DNA of 64,000 nt from a virus (lineage: Duplodnaviria; Caudoviricetes). A program made the position numbers and the translations under genes. The notes below the pieces were generated by a model that ran no database searches, had not been told where the DNA came from, and was given only the letters and a program-made list of their open reading frames with translations. The DNA lies in IMG/VR virus record IMGVR_UViG_3300029288_000072, positions 96,001 through 160,000 of that record. One strand, 5' to 3'. Positions 37,288-46,693 of the stretch are shown here, in pieces. Each line of letters starts with the position of its first letter. Position 1 is the stretch's first letter.

Positions 37288-37602
37288 TCAAGATGCTACT
37301 TTTAATCGTCTTTTTAGGTATTTGATTCTAAAAACACAATTATCTGATTTGTATTTATATAATTGTAACATAATTTGAATTTTTTTAGATTTTAATATTC
37401 TATCTATATTATTATAATAGTTTCTTAAAATTTTATTTGGATAACAAAAATGTATTACCAAATGACATGTTTCACAAATATATATTGTTTCTTTGCCTTT
37501 TTTCTGACCTTTAAATACAGGAAATAGATGATGATAGGTCATATGTTCTTTTGTATGTTGCCGACCACAAATTGGGCAAATATACATTTCTTGTTTAGGC
37601 AT
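37288..37602 (-). CDS. HNH-family endonuclease-like protein
   Basis: CPICG..TYHHLFP..ICETCHLVIH. Confidence 0.75.
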   Translation of the reverse strand: MPKQEMYICPICGRQHTKEHMTYHHLFPVFKGQKKGKETIYICETCHLVIHFCYPNKILRNYYNNIDRILKSKKIQIMLQLYKYKSDNCVFRIKYLKRRLKVAS

Positions 37603-37639
37603 TATTAATTGATGCCATATTAATAGTTATCATCAATTT

Positions 37640-37647
37640 TATTTATA
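37640..37647 (-). promoter_or_regulatory. T4-type late promoter TATAAATA
   Basis: Exact intergenic match just after the DHFR stop codon. Confidence 0.55.
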
Positions 37648-37648
37648 A

Positions 37649-38149
37649 TTATTTTTTCTTTCTAAACAAAATTGTTGGTCTAAATTCATCATAATCTTCT
37701 TTTGGAAATTCTATATTCCAATCATTCCTGTCAAATTCAGGAAAATAAACATTTCCTTTATATGGATATTTTATTAAGTTTAAATACATTCTATCAATAA
37801 TATCATCTTTTAATGCTTGCTCATATATTTGTGAGCCACCTATTATAAAACATTCTGTTGCAACACCCTCACACCAATCAATTGCTTCTGCAATGCTATT
37901 AACTATTATTAATCCGGTGTTTGGAAGTGACTGTTTCTTATATTTTGGATTTCTTGTTATAACAATATTTTGTCTTCCTGGTAATAATCTACCAATTGAT
38001 TCATGAGTTTTTCTACCCATTATTACAGGATGACCCACTGTTCTACGACGAAAATATGCCATTTCATCAGAAATTTTCCAAGGCATGACACCATCAAGAC
38101 CTATAACGCCTTCTTCTGTCATTGCTGCTATTATTGATGTTGTAACCAT
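37649..38149 (-). CDS. folA: Dihydrofolate reductase
   Basis: IIAAMTEEGVIG..MPW..VIMGRKTHESIGRLLPGRQNIVIT..FIIGGSQIY. Confidence 0.95.
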   Translation of the reverse strand: MVTTSIIAAMTEEGVIGLDGVMPWKISDEMAYFRRRTVGHPVIMGRKTHESIGRLLPGRQNIVITRNPKYKKQSLPNTGLIIVNSIAEAIDWCEGVATECFIIGGSQIYEQALKDDIIDRMYLNLIKYPYKGNVYFPEFDRNDWNIEFPKEDYDEFRPTILFRKKK

Positions 38150-38172
38150 GTGAATATTATACTTGTATTTTG

Positions 38173-38754
38173 TTAATTTTTAACAAACTCTTTGAAAGTC
38201 TTCTTTTCTTCTAAATCTTTTACAAATGTGTAAATATTTTTTATTTGTTCGTCTGTAAATTTCCATCGTTTATTAATGTTTTTGTCGCCCCATGCTTTAG
38301 CAGAATTTCCTCGTTCTTGAGCAACCGCATGCCAATCAGCAACCATTTCTGCTAAAGAAGGCAAATCCATCTTAGTACCGTCAATCATTTCAGTTGGTAT
38401 CGCATCTCTATCATTAGGATCAATCTTACCTTTTTCATTTTGCCAATATTCTGGATGATGTTTACTATTATTAATATGATGTTCTGTTGCTACTATCATA
38501 TCATCTTCGATATTTTCTGGCGTATTAAATTCAATACCATCCTTCTTACACTTATACTTCCATGTAACGTAAATATATGGGGTTAATTCTGGTTCTTGGA
38601 ATTTAGACTTGTCATGATCCATTTTTCTTTGTTCTAATTCATCTTTCATGTCTGGATATTTTGAAATTAAAATATCTAAATTCTTTCTAACTGAATCAAT
38701 ATGCTTTTGTGTACGTTTGTAAAAGTGATCTTCCATTTCTTTTGTTATAGTCAT
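38173..38754 (-). CDS. HD-like (DUF5662-type) protein
   Basis: RTQKHI..HDKSKF..HHINNSKHHPEYW..EMVADW. Confidence 0.7.
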   Translation of the reverse strand: MTITKEMEDHFYKRTQKHIDSVRKNLDILISKYPDMKDELEQRKMDHDKSKFQEPELTPYIYVTWKYKCKKDGIEFNTPENIEDDMIVATEHHINNSKHHPEYWQNEKGKIDPNDRDAIPTEMIDGTKMDLPSLAEMVADWHAVAQERGNSAKAWGDKNINKRWKFTDEQIKNIYTFVKDLEEKKTFKEFVKN

Positions 38755-38763
38755 TATTTTTCC

Positions 38764-39774
38764 TCAAACCGCCATTGGTGCTTTTATTGCTGGATGACAT
38801 TTATATCCTATCAATTCAAAATCTTCAAAAGAAAGATTTTCAATATCTTCAAGAGTTTTAATATCAGTTTTAATATTTAGTTGTGGAAATGGATATGGTT
38901 TTCTTGAAATTTGTTCCTTACATTGTTCAATATGGTTGAGATATATATGCGTATCTCCACCCGAAAATGTCAATGTTCCTGGCTTTAAATTAGTTATCTT
39001 TGCAATAAGATATGTTAATAATGCATAAGATGCGATGTTAAATGGAATTCCGAGTAATGTATCACAACTGCGTTGATACCACTGACAATTTAAATGTCCA
39101 TCAGTCACATCGAATTGATATAACAAATGACAGGGTGGGAGTGCCATCTTATCAAGATTTTCAACATCCCATGCAGAGATAATTATACGTCTATCATTTG
39201 GATTATTAATAATTGTATCAACCGCATTTGCAAGTTGATCTATTCCATTTTTAAACTGACATTTTGATACTTTATAAAAGTAATCGACTGGAGCATGTTT
39301 ATAAGAATATTTTGATCCTTCATAATCTGCCCCCCAATGTCTCCATTCGAACCCATACCCAGGCCCGATTTCTCCAACTGGATAGTCTAAACCTCTCTTA
39401 TCAAGAAATTCTCTTGAAGTATTTCCAACCCAAATCTTGACTCCTTTTGCCTCTAGTTTTTTAGAGTCGGTTTCTCCACGGATAAACCACAATAATTCTT
39501 CTACAACGCCTTTAAAAAATACTTTTTTAGTTGTTAATATTGGAAATGAATGTTCAAGATTGAATTTAAGTTTCGTACCAAAGATACTTTTTGTGCCAAC
39601 ATTTGTTCTATCAGATTTTATAACACCATGTTCAAGAATATCTTCTAGTAGATGAAGATATTGATATTCTTCATGTTGTTTTTTCTGTCTATGTCTTAAT
39701 AAAAGTTTTTCTTCCTCTTTACTTACATAAACAGAATTATCATGTTCATATGATGCATATGAATTTAAATCCAT
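38764..39774 (-). CDS. thyA: Thymidylate synthase
   Basis: DRT.VGT, EELLWF, RRIIISAW, LPPCH, YQRSCD..LGIPFNIASY and GDTHIY. Confidence 0.97.
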   Translation of the reverse strand: MDLNSYASYEHDNSVYVSKEEEKLLLRHRQKKQHEEYQYLHLLEDILEHGVIKSDRTNVGTKSIFGTKLKFNLEHSFPILTTKKVFFKGVVEELLWFIRGETDSKKLEAKGVKIWVGNTSREFLDKRGLDYPVGEIGPGYGFEWRHWGADYEGSKYSYKHAPVDYFYKVSKCQFKNGIDQLANAVDTIINNPNDRRIIISAWDVENLDKMALPPCHLLYQFDVTDGHLNCQWYQRSCDTLLGIPFNIASYALLTYLIAKITNLKPGTLTFSGGDTHIYLNHIEQCKEQISRKPYPFPQLNIKTDIKTLEDIENLSFEDFELIGYKCHPAIKAPMAV

Positions 39775-39790
39775 TTGAAATCCCCTTTAA

Positions 39791-39952
39791 TCATTTTGAA
39801 TCTTCAACTACTTCTTCTTCTAATAGAATTAAAAATGTGCCATTTTCTATTTTAGTTTCTTGTACATTTTTTCCTAGTTTTTTTGAGACGACTTTAGCTA
39901 CTATATTAAGTGCTTCTGCTTCGTCTACTTTAACAGTTTTTTGAACCTTCAT
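39791..39952 (-). CDS. Small hypothetical protein (53 aa) missed by the ORF track
   Basis: AAGGAG SD, then MKVQKTVKVDEAEALNIVAKVVSKKLGKNVQETKIENGTFLILLEEEVVEDSK. Fills the gap before thyA. Confidence 0.65.
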   Translation of the reverse strand: MKVQKTVKVDEAEALNIVAKVVSKKLGKNVQETKIENGTFLILLEEEVVEDSK

Positions 39953-41297
39953 TTAATTCTCCTTTGTTATATGTTTCTAATGCTAGGTTTATACATTTTT
40001 CTTTGAATTGTGCTGGTGTAACTTCTTTATCTTCTTCAAGAACCTTTTCTATTAATTTTTCTTCGTTAATCATACCAGAAAAAATATTTTTTGCAATGAA
40101 CAATTTACCATCTGGTCCTATAGGATCCATCTCATACACATAATCTATTCTTCCTGGCCGGGTTGTTCCGCCACCACCTAATGCAGAATCTATTTTTTCT
40201 GGAAAATTGGTTGTTATGAACGTAACAATTCCGTCATATTTTTTTGCACCATCTAATATATTTAGAATACAATCAAACGATACTGGCTTTCTTCCAGACG
40301 TTGTATTTTTAAGATATATATTATCTCTTTTATCAAATACGGAATCAAAATCTTCAAATACTGCAAAACACGGAGAATATGATCTTAATGATTCCCATTC
40401 TTCCTCTAGATCATCATTTGTCATCGTAGACAAATCAAAAATAAATACTGGAAAATCGAGATATTCTGCCATCGCATTTATAAAACTTGTTTTTCCTGTA
40501 CCAGCGGGTCCGTGTAAAAGTATTCCTCGTTTCCATGATATCCCGCGTGTTTGAAACCATTTTTTATTTTCAACCCATCTAATTAATTTATTTTTTAGAT
40601 CTTTCATATTATTTGTTAAATATAAATTATCAATCATTTTTGTAGACCCATACGCATATGTTATAAACCTATGAAATTCATCTGTTGTATAATTTACTCT
40701 AATTCCAATATTTAAACTTTCTAATTGGAAAAAAGTTAAGCATGATGGATTTATATTACTTGATGGAGAAATATCTCTAGGAGGTTCAGCCGTAACTCCA
40801 CCACCCCGTCTAGGTCTAGAATTTCGTTCACTTTGTTCTGAATAATTTAAACTTCCTCTTTTAAATGATACCATATATCTTTCTATTTTTTCATTATTAT
40901 ATAGAGTATTATAATCTTTCAGAATTTCAGACATAATTTTTTCATGATTTATAAATGGCTTTAATCCAAGTATCATAACAGAACGAGAATCTATTTTTGC
41001 TAAAATAGGACATTTTTTAATAAAAATTAGTCTAAAATTATTAAATCCGTATTCTTTAATAAATATTTTTGCCTCTTTATCAGACCCCAAATATGCATAA
41101 TCATAAATAGGAGATAAAGATTTTTTAAATTTTAATTTTTTCCACACATATGATGCCGCATATTTATAAAATACATCAGTACAATCACATTTACATATAA
41201 AGAAACTTAAAAAATACCAAAGAATTCCTTTTATTTTATCCCACACGGCAACCAACAAAGTTGCAAATATTCCACCTGTTAATATAGGATTCATCAA
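39930..41297 (-). CDS. BCS1-like membrane-anchored AAA+ ATPase
   Basis: N-terminal TM segment. WFQTRGISWKRGILLHGPAGTGKTS, FEDFDSVF, LNILDG and TTNFPEKIDSAL..RPGRID. Confidence 0.82.
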   Translation of the reverse strand: MMNPILTGGIFATLLVAVWDKIKGILWYFLSFFICKCDCTDVFYKYAASYVWKKLKFKKSLSPIYDYAYLGSDKEAKIFIKEYGFNNFRLIFIKKCPILAKIDSRSVMILGLKPFINHEKIMSEILKDYNTLYNNEKIERYMVSFKRGSLNYSEQSERNSRPRRGGGVTAEPPRDISPSSNINPSCLTFFQLESLNIGIRVNYTTDEFHRFITYAYGSTKMIDNLYLTNNMKDLKNKLIRWVENKKWFQTRGISWKRGILLHGPAGTGKTSFINAMAEYLDFPVFIFDLSTMTNDDLEEEWESLRSYSPCFAVFEDFDSVFDKRDNIYLKNTTSGRKPVSFDCILNILDGAKKYDGIVTFITTNFPEKIDSALGGGGTTRPGRIDYVYEMDPIGPDGKLFIAKNIFSGMINEEKLIEKVLEEDKEVTPAQFKEKCINLALETYNKGELNEGSKNC

Positions 41298-41306
41298 AAA
41301 CCCTTT

Positions 41307-41543
41307 CTAAATATCTTCAATAATAATAGTAATTTTTTTCTGGACATTTCTATCTGTAAATATAGCACCGGGATACAATAACCATCTTGAATCCATATGC
41401 AATTCTTTTAATTCTTCTTTTATTTCAGTTTCTATTTTCCAATCTTCCTCTCCACAAATTTCTTTATATGTTTCTTCACCAACATCCCAACAGAAACATT
41501 CTCCATCACCAGTTGATTTTCCATAAAATTCAATTTTCTTCAT
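41307..41543 (-). CDS. Hypothetical protein (78 aa)
   Basis: AGGAG SD; tiles with its neighbours. Confidence 0.6.
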   Translation of the reverse strand: MKKIEFYGKSTGDGECFCWDVGEETYKEICGEEDWKIETEIKEELKELHMDSRWLLYPGAIFTDRNVQKKITIIIEDI

Positions 41544-41937
41544 TATAATCTCCTAACATTTCATCTATTTTCTCGTATATAATATTTAATTCAGTTTCTA
41601 TAATATTTGCATTTTGATAATCACAATTTTTCTCATAATCATCTCTCATATATTGCAACTTTTCTATTCCTTTAGATAATTCTTTTATTAAGTTTGACGC
41701 ATCACTTGCTATGATATCGACTTCATGATCCATTTTTATTCCACATTCTTTACACTGATCCCACAATAATGTTCCGTAGTTCCAATCACCCATTTCTAGA
41801 TATGAACAATAACCATTACAATACTTATCATATTTTTTGTTTCTTGACCAATATGGACAATTTTTTTGCTTTCCGTTTTCGTGTGTATAGCAATACATTC
41901 CTTCTGGAATTACTGATGTATCTTTTTTATTTGACAT
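41530..41937 (-). CDS. Cys-rich hypothetical protein (135 aa)
   Basis: IPEGMYCY..CPYW..YCNGYC..LWDQCKECG; GGAG SD. Confidence 0.65.
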   Translation of the reverse strand: MSNKKDTSVIPEGMYCYTHENGKQKNCPYWSRNKKYDKYCNGYCSYLEMGDWNYGTLLWDQCKECGIKMDHEVDIIASDASNLIKELSKGIEKLQYMRDDYEKNCDYQNANIIETELNIIYEKIDEMLGDYNEEN

Positions 41938-42652
41938 TTTGCATCATCTCCGCCAATTTTTTACTTCTATTTCCTACTTGTGAATACCATTTAGAATCTA
42001 TCATTTCTTCTGCTGCTTTTTTATAATCTTTTTCTTTAATTGCAGCAATCATTTTTTGAAATTTTTGTAATCCAAAAACACCTAAATTAAAACACATATC
42101 AACAAGTATTAATTGGACATCATTAGGTAATAGGGCAAAATCACTAAAAATATTTGTTACTGCTTTTATAGTGTCAATTATATCAAGTTTAAATATTTCA
42201 TAAAGAATATCTTTTTTAACTTGTATTCCATTTAACACAGTTTCATATACATAGCCATATTGTCTTAATTTTTCTTTTGCATCATATCTATTTAAATTAA
42301 ATCCAACACCGATTGTAGGATTTCCTCTGGTATCTGTGTATACAATATCTCTAAATCCTTCATGAGTTTCTACAAATTGCATGAAGTCTTCAAGTTTTAA
42401 TTTATTTTGTGTTTGATTGGATTGAATACAATCTTCAAATCCTATTGTTTTAAGATGAGACATGATCCAATCTGCCCGGTCTTTATGCATACTACAAAAT
42501 TCATATGAATACCCATGTTCACATACTGGCATATAAATTGTTGTTTCATTTTCTTTTATAATATCTTGAATAAGAGATATTAATTCTGTTTTCCAATAGT
42601 CGTTTAGACACGGATTTCGGTCTAAAAATTCTTGTAGATTTAGTAAATTCAT
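41927..42652 (-). CDS. T4-lysozyme-like (GH24) muramidase with an N-terminal extension
   Basis: HEGFRDIVYTDTRGNPTIGVGFNL, DMCFNLG..FQKMIAAI..AAEEMIDSKWYSQVGNR. Confidence 0.88.
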   Translation of the reverse strand: MNLLNLQEFLDRNPCLNDYWKTELISLIQDIIKENETTIYMPVCEHGYSYEFCSMHKDRADWIMSHLKTIGFEDCIQSNQTQNKLKLEDFMQFVETHEGFRDIVYTDTRGNPTIGVGFNLNRYDAKEKLRQYGYVYETVLNGIQVKKDILYEIFKLDIIDTIKAVTNIFSDFALLPNDVQLILVDMCFNLGVFGLQKFQKMIAAIKEKDYKKAAEEMIDSKWYSQVGNRSKKLAEMMQNVK

Positions 42653-42658
42653 ACTATT

Positions 42659-42686
42659 ATTATATCAGATAATATAATGATGTCAA
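42659..42686 (-). promoter_or_regulatory. Consensus sigma70-like promoter TTGACA-16-(TGA)TATAAT, 6 nt from ATG
   Basis: Perfect -35 and extended -10. Confidence 0.7.
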
Positions 42687-43309
42687 TTAACTAAAATCAA
42701 AACCATTCTATTTGTTTTTCTGCCATGATTACGCGCAATATATTGACACGCATTTATGCTTCTCCATGTACCATCATATTTTAATTGTGGAATTCTTAAA
42801 TCTAATACTGTTTCTTTCTTCATTCTCCATGCTCTTTTTAAGGCACCGCCAGTGTCATCAACGGAATGGATACCGTATCCTTCTACATGAATGGTTGATC
42901 CTATTGGTATAAGAGGGCTTCCAGAGGCAATTCCATATGTTCTAATTGCATCTTTTAATATCGCAGTTTTTCCGTCACCCGCACCAATAGAATGATTTAC
43001 TCCATCATCTTTCCATGTATAAGCAGTCGTCGTAACCATAATTGGTTTCCAAATTCTACCATCCAAATCATGATAATACCCATTTTCATCAATTATATAA
43101 GTCTTGTTACCATAAGTAGTTGTAACAAAATTTATTTTGATTTCATTTTCTATATTGTTTTTATAATCATAATATATGTCTAACTCTGGATATGTTTGTA
43201 TTTGGATAGATTTATTTGGTGTCGAATCTTTAGTCTCTTTTGTTGTATTAAACAACAAAATCCCTGTCATAAGTAAACTTATAATATAAGTTATAGGATA
43301 ATTGAACAT
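42683..43309 (-). CDS. Membrane/secreted 3D-domain (MltA-like) cell-wall hydrolase; start refined to 43309
   Basis: N-terminal hydrophobic segment. TTTAYT..GIAS..IPIGSTIHVEGYG..VDDTGGAL..LDL. AGGAG SD. Confidence 0.78.
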   Translation of the reverse strand: MFNYPITYIISLLMTGILLFNTTKETKDSTPNKSIQIQTYPELDIYYDYKNNIENEIKINFVTTTYGNKTYIIDENGYYHDLDGRIWKPIMVTTTAYTWKDDGVNHSIGAGDGKTAILKDAIRTYGIASGSPLIPIGSTIHVEGYGIHSVDDTGGALKRAWRMKKETVLDLRIPQLKYDGTWRSINACQYIARNHGRKTNRMVLILVN

Positions 43310-43331
43310 AAATTCTCCTAAAAGATGGACC

Positions 43332-43399
43332 ATTATAATTGATGATTGGCAAAAGTCAATAAAAACATATTTATAAAAAATAATTATTTTTGATATAAT
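43332..43399. promoter_or_regulatory. Divergent promoter region
   Basis: Minus strand: TTGACT-16-TATAAT (43359-43332) and TATAAATA (43368-43375). Plus strand: TGATATAAT (43391-43399), 7 nt before ATG 43407. Confidence 0.6.
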
Positions 43400-43406
43400 T
43401 TAAAAT

Positions 43407-44492
43407 ATGAAAAAAATATTTGTTTCTGGTTGTTATGACATTATACACGGTGGTCATATAGAATTTTTTAATCAAGTCAAGAACTTGGGTGATTATCTTA
43501 TTGTTAGTATAGCATCAGAAAATGTTTTGTTACATTATAAAAATAGAAAATCATCATTACCAACCGAACATAAAAAAAGATTATTAGAATCTATATCAAT
43601 AATAGATAAAGTTGTCGTTAGTGATTCTATAGAGTTTAATGGGTTGGATTTTATAGATAATTTTAAAGAATTAAAACCCGATGTATTAATATCTACAGAA
43701 GATGATAAGTTTAAAGCAGAAAAGAAATTATTTTGTGATTCGTGTGACTGGAAACCACAATATATTAATTTACCAAAAACACTAAATTATGAAAAAATAT
43801 CAACAACTGATATTGTTAATTGGATAAAAGCACCAAAAGAAGTTCCTCTTAGAGTAGATTTTGCTGGAGGATGGTTGGATGTTCCAAAATTTTCAACTAA
43901 AGGTGCATTTATTGTAAATTGTACTATATCACCAAAAGTAGATTTAAATAACTGGAATTATAATATAGGTGGTGGGCTGGGTGGATCTGCGGCGTATGCT
44001 ATATTAAATGGAAAAAATTCAGTTCAAAGTGAATTAGATCTTGGTGTTGGTTGGCAAGATCCAGCAGCAATACAAGAGACTGGTTTATGTATATGGAGAA
44101 GTGGCTATACTCCAATTTTAGAGGCAAAATATAATCCAGACTGGCTAAATGGTAAAATGGCTTTAAAGTGGACAGGAAAAAATCATACTACATATTCGTT
44201 TACAGACAATAAACGAGATTTTGATAAAATAATATTTGCTGGTCAACAAGCAAAAATAGCTTGCCAGCTAAAATCTTTAACTCAATTAGCATACTCAATA
44301 CATTTATCATATCAATGCCAATTAAATGAAGGAATGGAACCATTAGAAGATTTATCATTGGCAAGAAAATATTGCGGTGGTGGATTTGGTGGTTATGCAT
44401 TATACTTATTTAAATCAAATGATGAAAGAGATTGTTTTGTAGATAAATATAATGGTGTTACAATAGAACCTTATATTAAGGAATATAAATGA
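43407..44492 (+). CDS. Cytidylyltransferase-like (HxGH) + GHMP sugar-kinase fusion
   Basis: VSGCYDIIHGGH at the N-terminus. VPLRVDFAGGWLD, GGGLGGSAA, GWQD and GGGFGG in the C-terminal half. Confidence 0.82.
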   Translation: MKKIFVSGCYDIIHGGHIEFFNQVKNLGDYLIVSIASENVLLHYKNRKSSLPTEHKKRLLESISIIDKVVVSDSIEFNGLDFIDNFKELKPDVLISTEDDKFKAEKKLFCDSCDWKPQYINLPKTLNYEKISTTDIVNWIKAPKEVPLRVDFAGGWLDVPKFSTKGAFIVNCTISPKVDLNNWNYNIGGGLGGSAAYAILNGKNSVQSELDLGVGWQDPAAIQETGLCIWRSGYTPILEAKYNPDWLNGKMALKWTGKNHTTYSFTDNKRDFDKIIFAGQQAKIACQLKSLTQLAYSIHLSYQCQLNEGMEPLEDLSLARKYCGGGFGGYALYLFKSNDERDCFVDKYNGVTIEPYIKEYK

Positions 44493-45868
44493 TAAAATTG
44501 ATAGTATTCGATCTAGATGGTGTATTGGTTGAATCAAAAGAAACACATTTTGAAGCATTAAACATGGCATTGACAGATATAGATAAAAAATATGTGATTT
44601 CACATGATGAACATTTGAAATTTTTTGACGGACTTCCGACCAATAAAAAATTAGAAATATTAACACAAAGAAAAGGATTATTAAAAGAATTTTATCAAGA
44701 AATATGGAATAAGAAACAAAATTATACATTTGATGTTATTAAAAATATTGTAAAAGAAAATAATGAAATTATAGAATTATTTAAAGAATTAAAAAATAGA
44801 GGACTACAAATTTGGGTAGCATCAAACTCAATTAAAAAAACAGTTAAATTATATTTATTAAAACTAGGTTTGATAGAATATGTGGATGATTTCATATCAA
44901 ACGAAGATGTTAAATCACCAAAACCAAAAGCAGAAATGTATCTAAAATGTATGGTAAATACATCATCAGATCCACAAGAAACTGTTGTTGTTGAAGATTC
45001 ATATGTGGGAATAACAGCAGCAAATAAATCTGGCGCACATGTTTGTATTGTAAAAAATTCAACAGAGACTACTAGAAACAAAGTATTATCATTTATTGAT
45101 AAAATAAACGGACAAAATGATTATAAAACAACTTGGGAAGAACCAACCATGAATATTTTAATACCTATGGCCGGTGCGGGTAGTAGATTCGCAACAGCAG
45201 GATATACATTTCCAAAACCATTAATAGAAGTACATGGAAAGCCAATGATTCAAGTTGTAGTAGAAAATATTAATATAAAAGGAAAATACACGTACATTGT
45301 TAGAAAAGAACATCATGAAAAATATAATTTACAATATTTACTGAACATGATAACTCCAAATTGTAATATTGTATGTGTTGATCATTTAACGGATGGTGCC
45401 GCATGCACTACGTTATTAGCAAAAGATTTAATAAATACGGGGGATCCTCTATTAATAGCAAACTCTGATCAATTTGTTGAATGGGATAGTGCATCATTTA
45501 TGTATTCAATGAATTCTGGAATATGGGATGGCGGAATTTTAACATTTGATAATACACATCCAAAATGGAGTTATGTAAAAACTGATGATGATGGATATGT
45601 CACTGAGTTGGCTGAAAAAAAGGTAATTTCAAATACAGCAACAGTTGGAATATATTGGTGGAAAAAGGGTTGTGAATATGTTTCTTATGCTGAACAAATG
45701 ATTAGTAAAAATATTAGGGTTAATAATGAATTCTATGTTGCGCCTGTTTATAACGAAGCAATATCCGATAATAAAAAAATAAAAATATTTAATATAGAAA
45801 GAATGTGGGGTATTGGAACACCAGAAGACCTCGATTACTTCTTAAAAAATTATAAAGGTAAAATATGA
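44489..45868 (+). CDS. HAD phosphatase + sugar-phosphate nucleotidyltransferase fusion
   Basis: FDLDGV, KPKAEMY and VEDS (HAD). ILIPMAGAGSRF..PKPLI, NSDQ, EFYVAPVYN and GTPEDL (nucleotidyltransferase). Confidence 0.88.
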   Translation: MIKLIVFDLDGVLVESKETHFEALNMALTDIDKKYVISHDEHLKFFDGLPTNKKLEILTQRKGLLKEFYQEIWNKKQNYTFDVIKNIVKENNEIIELFKELKNRGLQIWVASNSIKKTVKLYLLKLGLIEYVDDFISNEDVKSPKPKAEMYLKCMVNTSSDPQETVVVEDSYVGITAANKSGAHVCIVKNSTETTRNKVLSFIDKINGQNDYKTTWEEPTMNILIPMAGAGSRFATAGYTFPKPLIEVHGKPMIQVVVENINIKGKYTYIVRKEHHEKYNLQYLLNMITPNCNIVCVDHLTDGAACTTLLAKDLINTGDPLLIANSDQFVEWDSASFMYSMNSGIWDGGILTFDNTHPKWSYVKTDDDGYVTELAEKKVISNTATVGIYWWKKGCEYVSYAEQMISKNIRVNNEFYVAPVYNEAISDNKKIKIFNIERMWGIGTPEDLDYFLKNYKGKI

Positions 45869-46683
45869 AAGTAAATATTTTTATAACAACATATAATGCA
45901 GTTGATGATTTAAATAATTGTTTAAAAAGTTTATTTGAAAGCGATATTAATAAAGTAGAATATTCTGTTAATATTATTAATAATAATACAAATTTTAAAT
46001 TAATTAATAACTATAATGTAAAAATTTATAATAACCAATGTCGTCCAGATTTTTCAACTGGTCATTTGTCTAGAACGTGGAATCAATGTATAATAAATGG
46101 ATTTAAAAGTATAACAAATCCAGATTGTGATGTATTAATTACCATGCAGGATGATCAAATTTTAAAAAATAATTGGTTTTCATTATTATTACCACATATA
46201 GAAAAAAATTCATTTATTGAAATTGGTGGTGGCGATATAATGTGTATATATAAGCCGAGTTCAATATATAATGTCGGTTTATGGGATGAAAGATTTTGTG
46301 GTATAGGTTATCAAGAAGGCGATTATTTTTTAAGACAACTAATTTATAATAAAGAAAATATTTCTATAAACGATTATTGTCATGGAAGAATTTATAATCC
46401 AATTTATGCCATTAGTAATAGAAAGAGAGAAATAGACAACGAATATTTAAGAGTTCCTTCACGTAATAGTGTGCGTAGCACAGCACATCATAAATCTGCC
46501 GCATATCACGATCTTTGTAATAAATTCTTCCTTTTAAAATGGGGAATAGAATCTATTGATTGGAATATTGAACATATAAAGAATAATGTTACTCCGAAAA
46601 TTGATTCATATATTATGTATCCGTATTTTGAATATCAATTAAACCTTCCAGAATTGAGACTCCAACGATATTTTGTTATATAA
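45865..46683 (+). CDS. GT2/GT-A glycosyltransferase
   Basis: IFITTYN, MQDD and VGLWDERF..GYQEGDY. Confidence 0.75.
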   Translation: MKVNIFITTYNAVDDLNNCLKSLFESDINKVEYSVNIINNNTNFKLINNYNVKIYNNQCRPDFSTGHLSRTWNQCIINGFKSITNPDCDVLITMQDDQILKNNWFSLLLPHIEKNSFIEIGGGDIMCIYKPSSIYNVGLWDERFCGIGYQEGDYFLRQLIYNKENISINDYCHGRIYNPIYAISNRKREIDNEYLRVPSRNSVRSTAHHKSAAYHDLCNKFFLLKWGIESIDWNIEHIKNNVTPKIDSYIMYPYFEYQLNLPELRLQRYFVI

Positions 46684-46693
46684 AAGGAAAAAT

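Noticed and set aside
37288-37602. HNH gene as an intron-borne or mobile homing element
   Set aside because: Short stand-alone ORF with no DNA-binding extension, and it interrupts no gene.
38764-39774. Group I intron in thyA, or a dCMP hydroxymethylase identity
   Set aside because: The ORF is continuous and keeps canonical TS motifs, including the dUMP-specifying Asn in PFNIASY.
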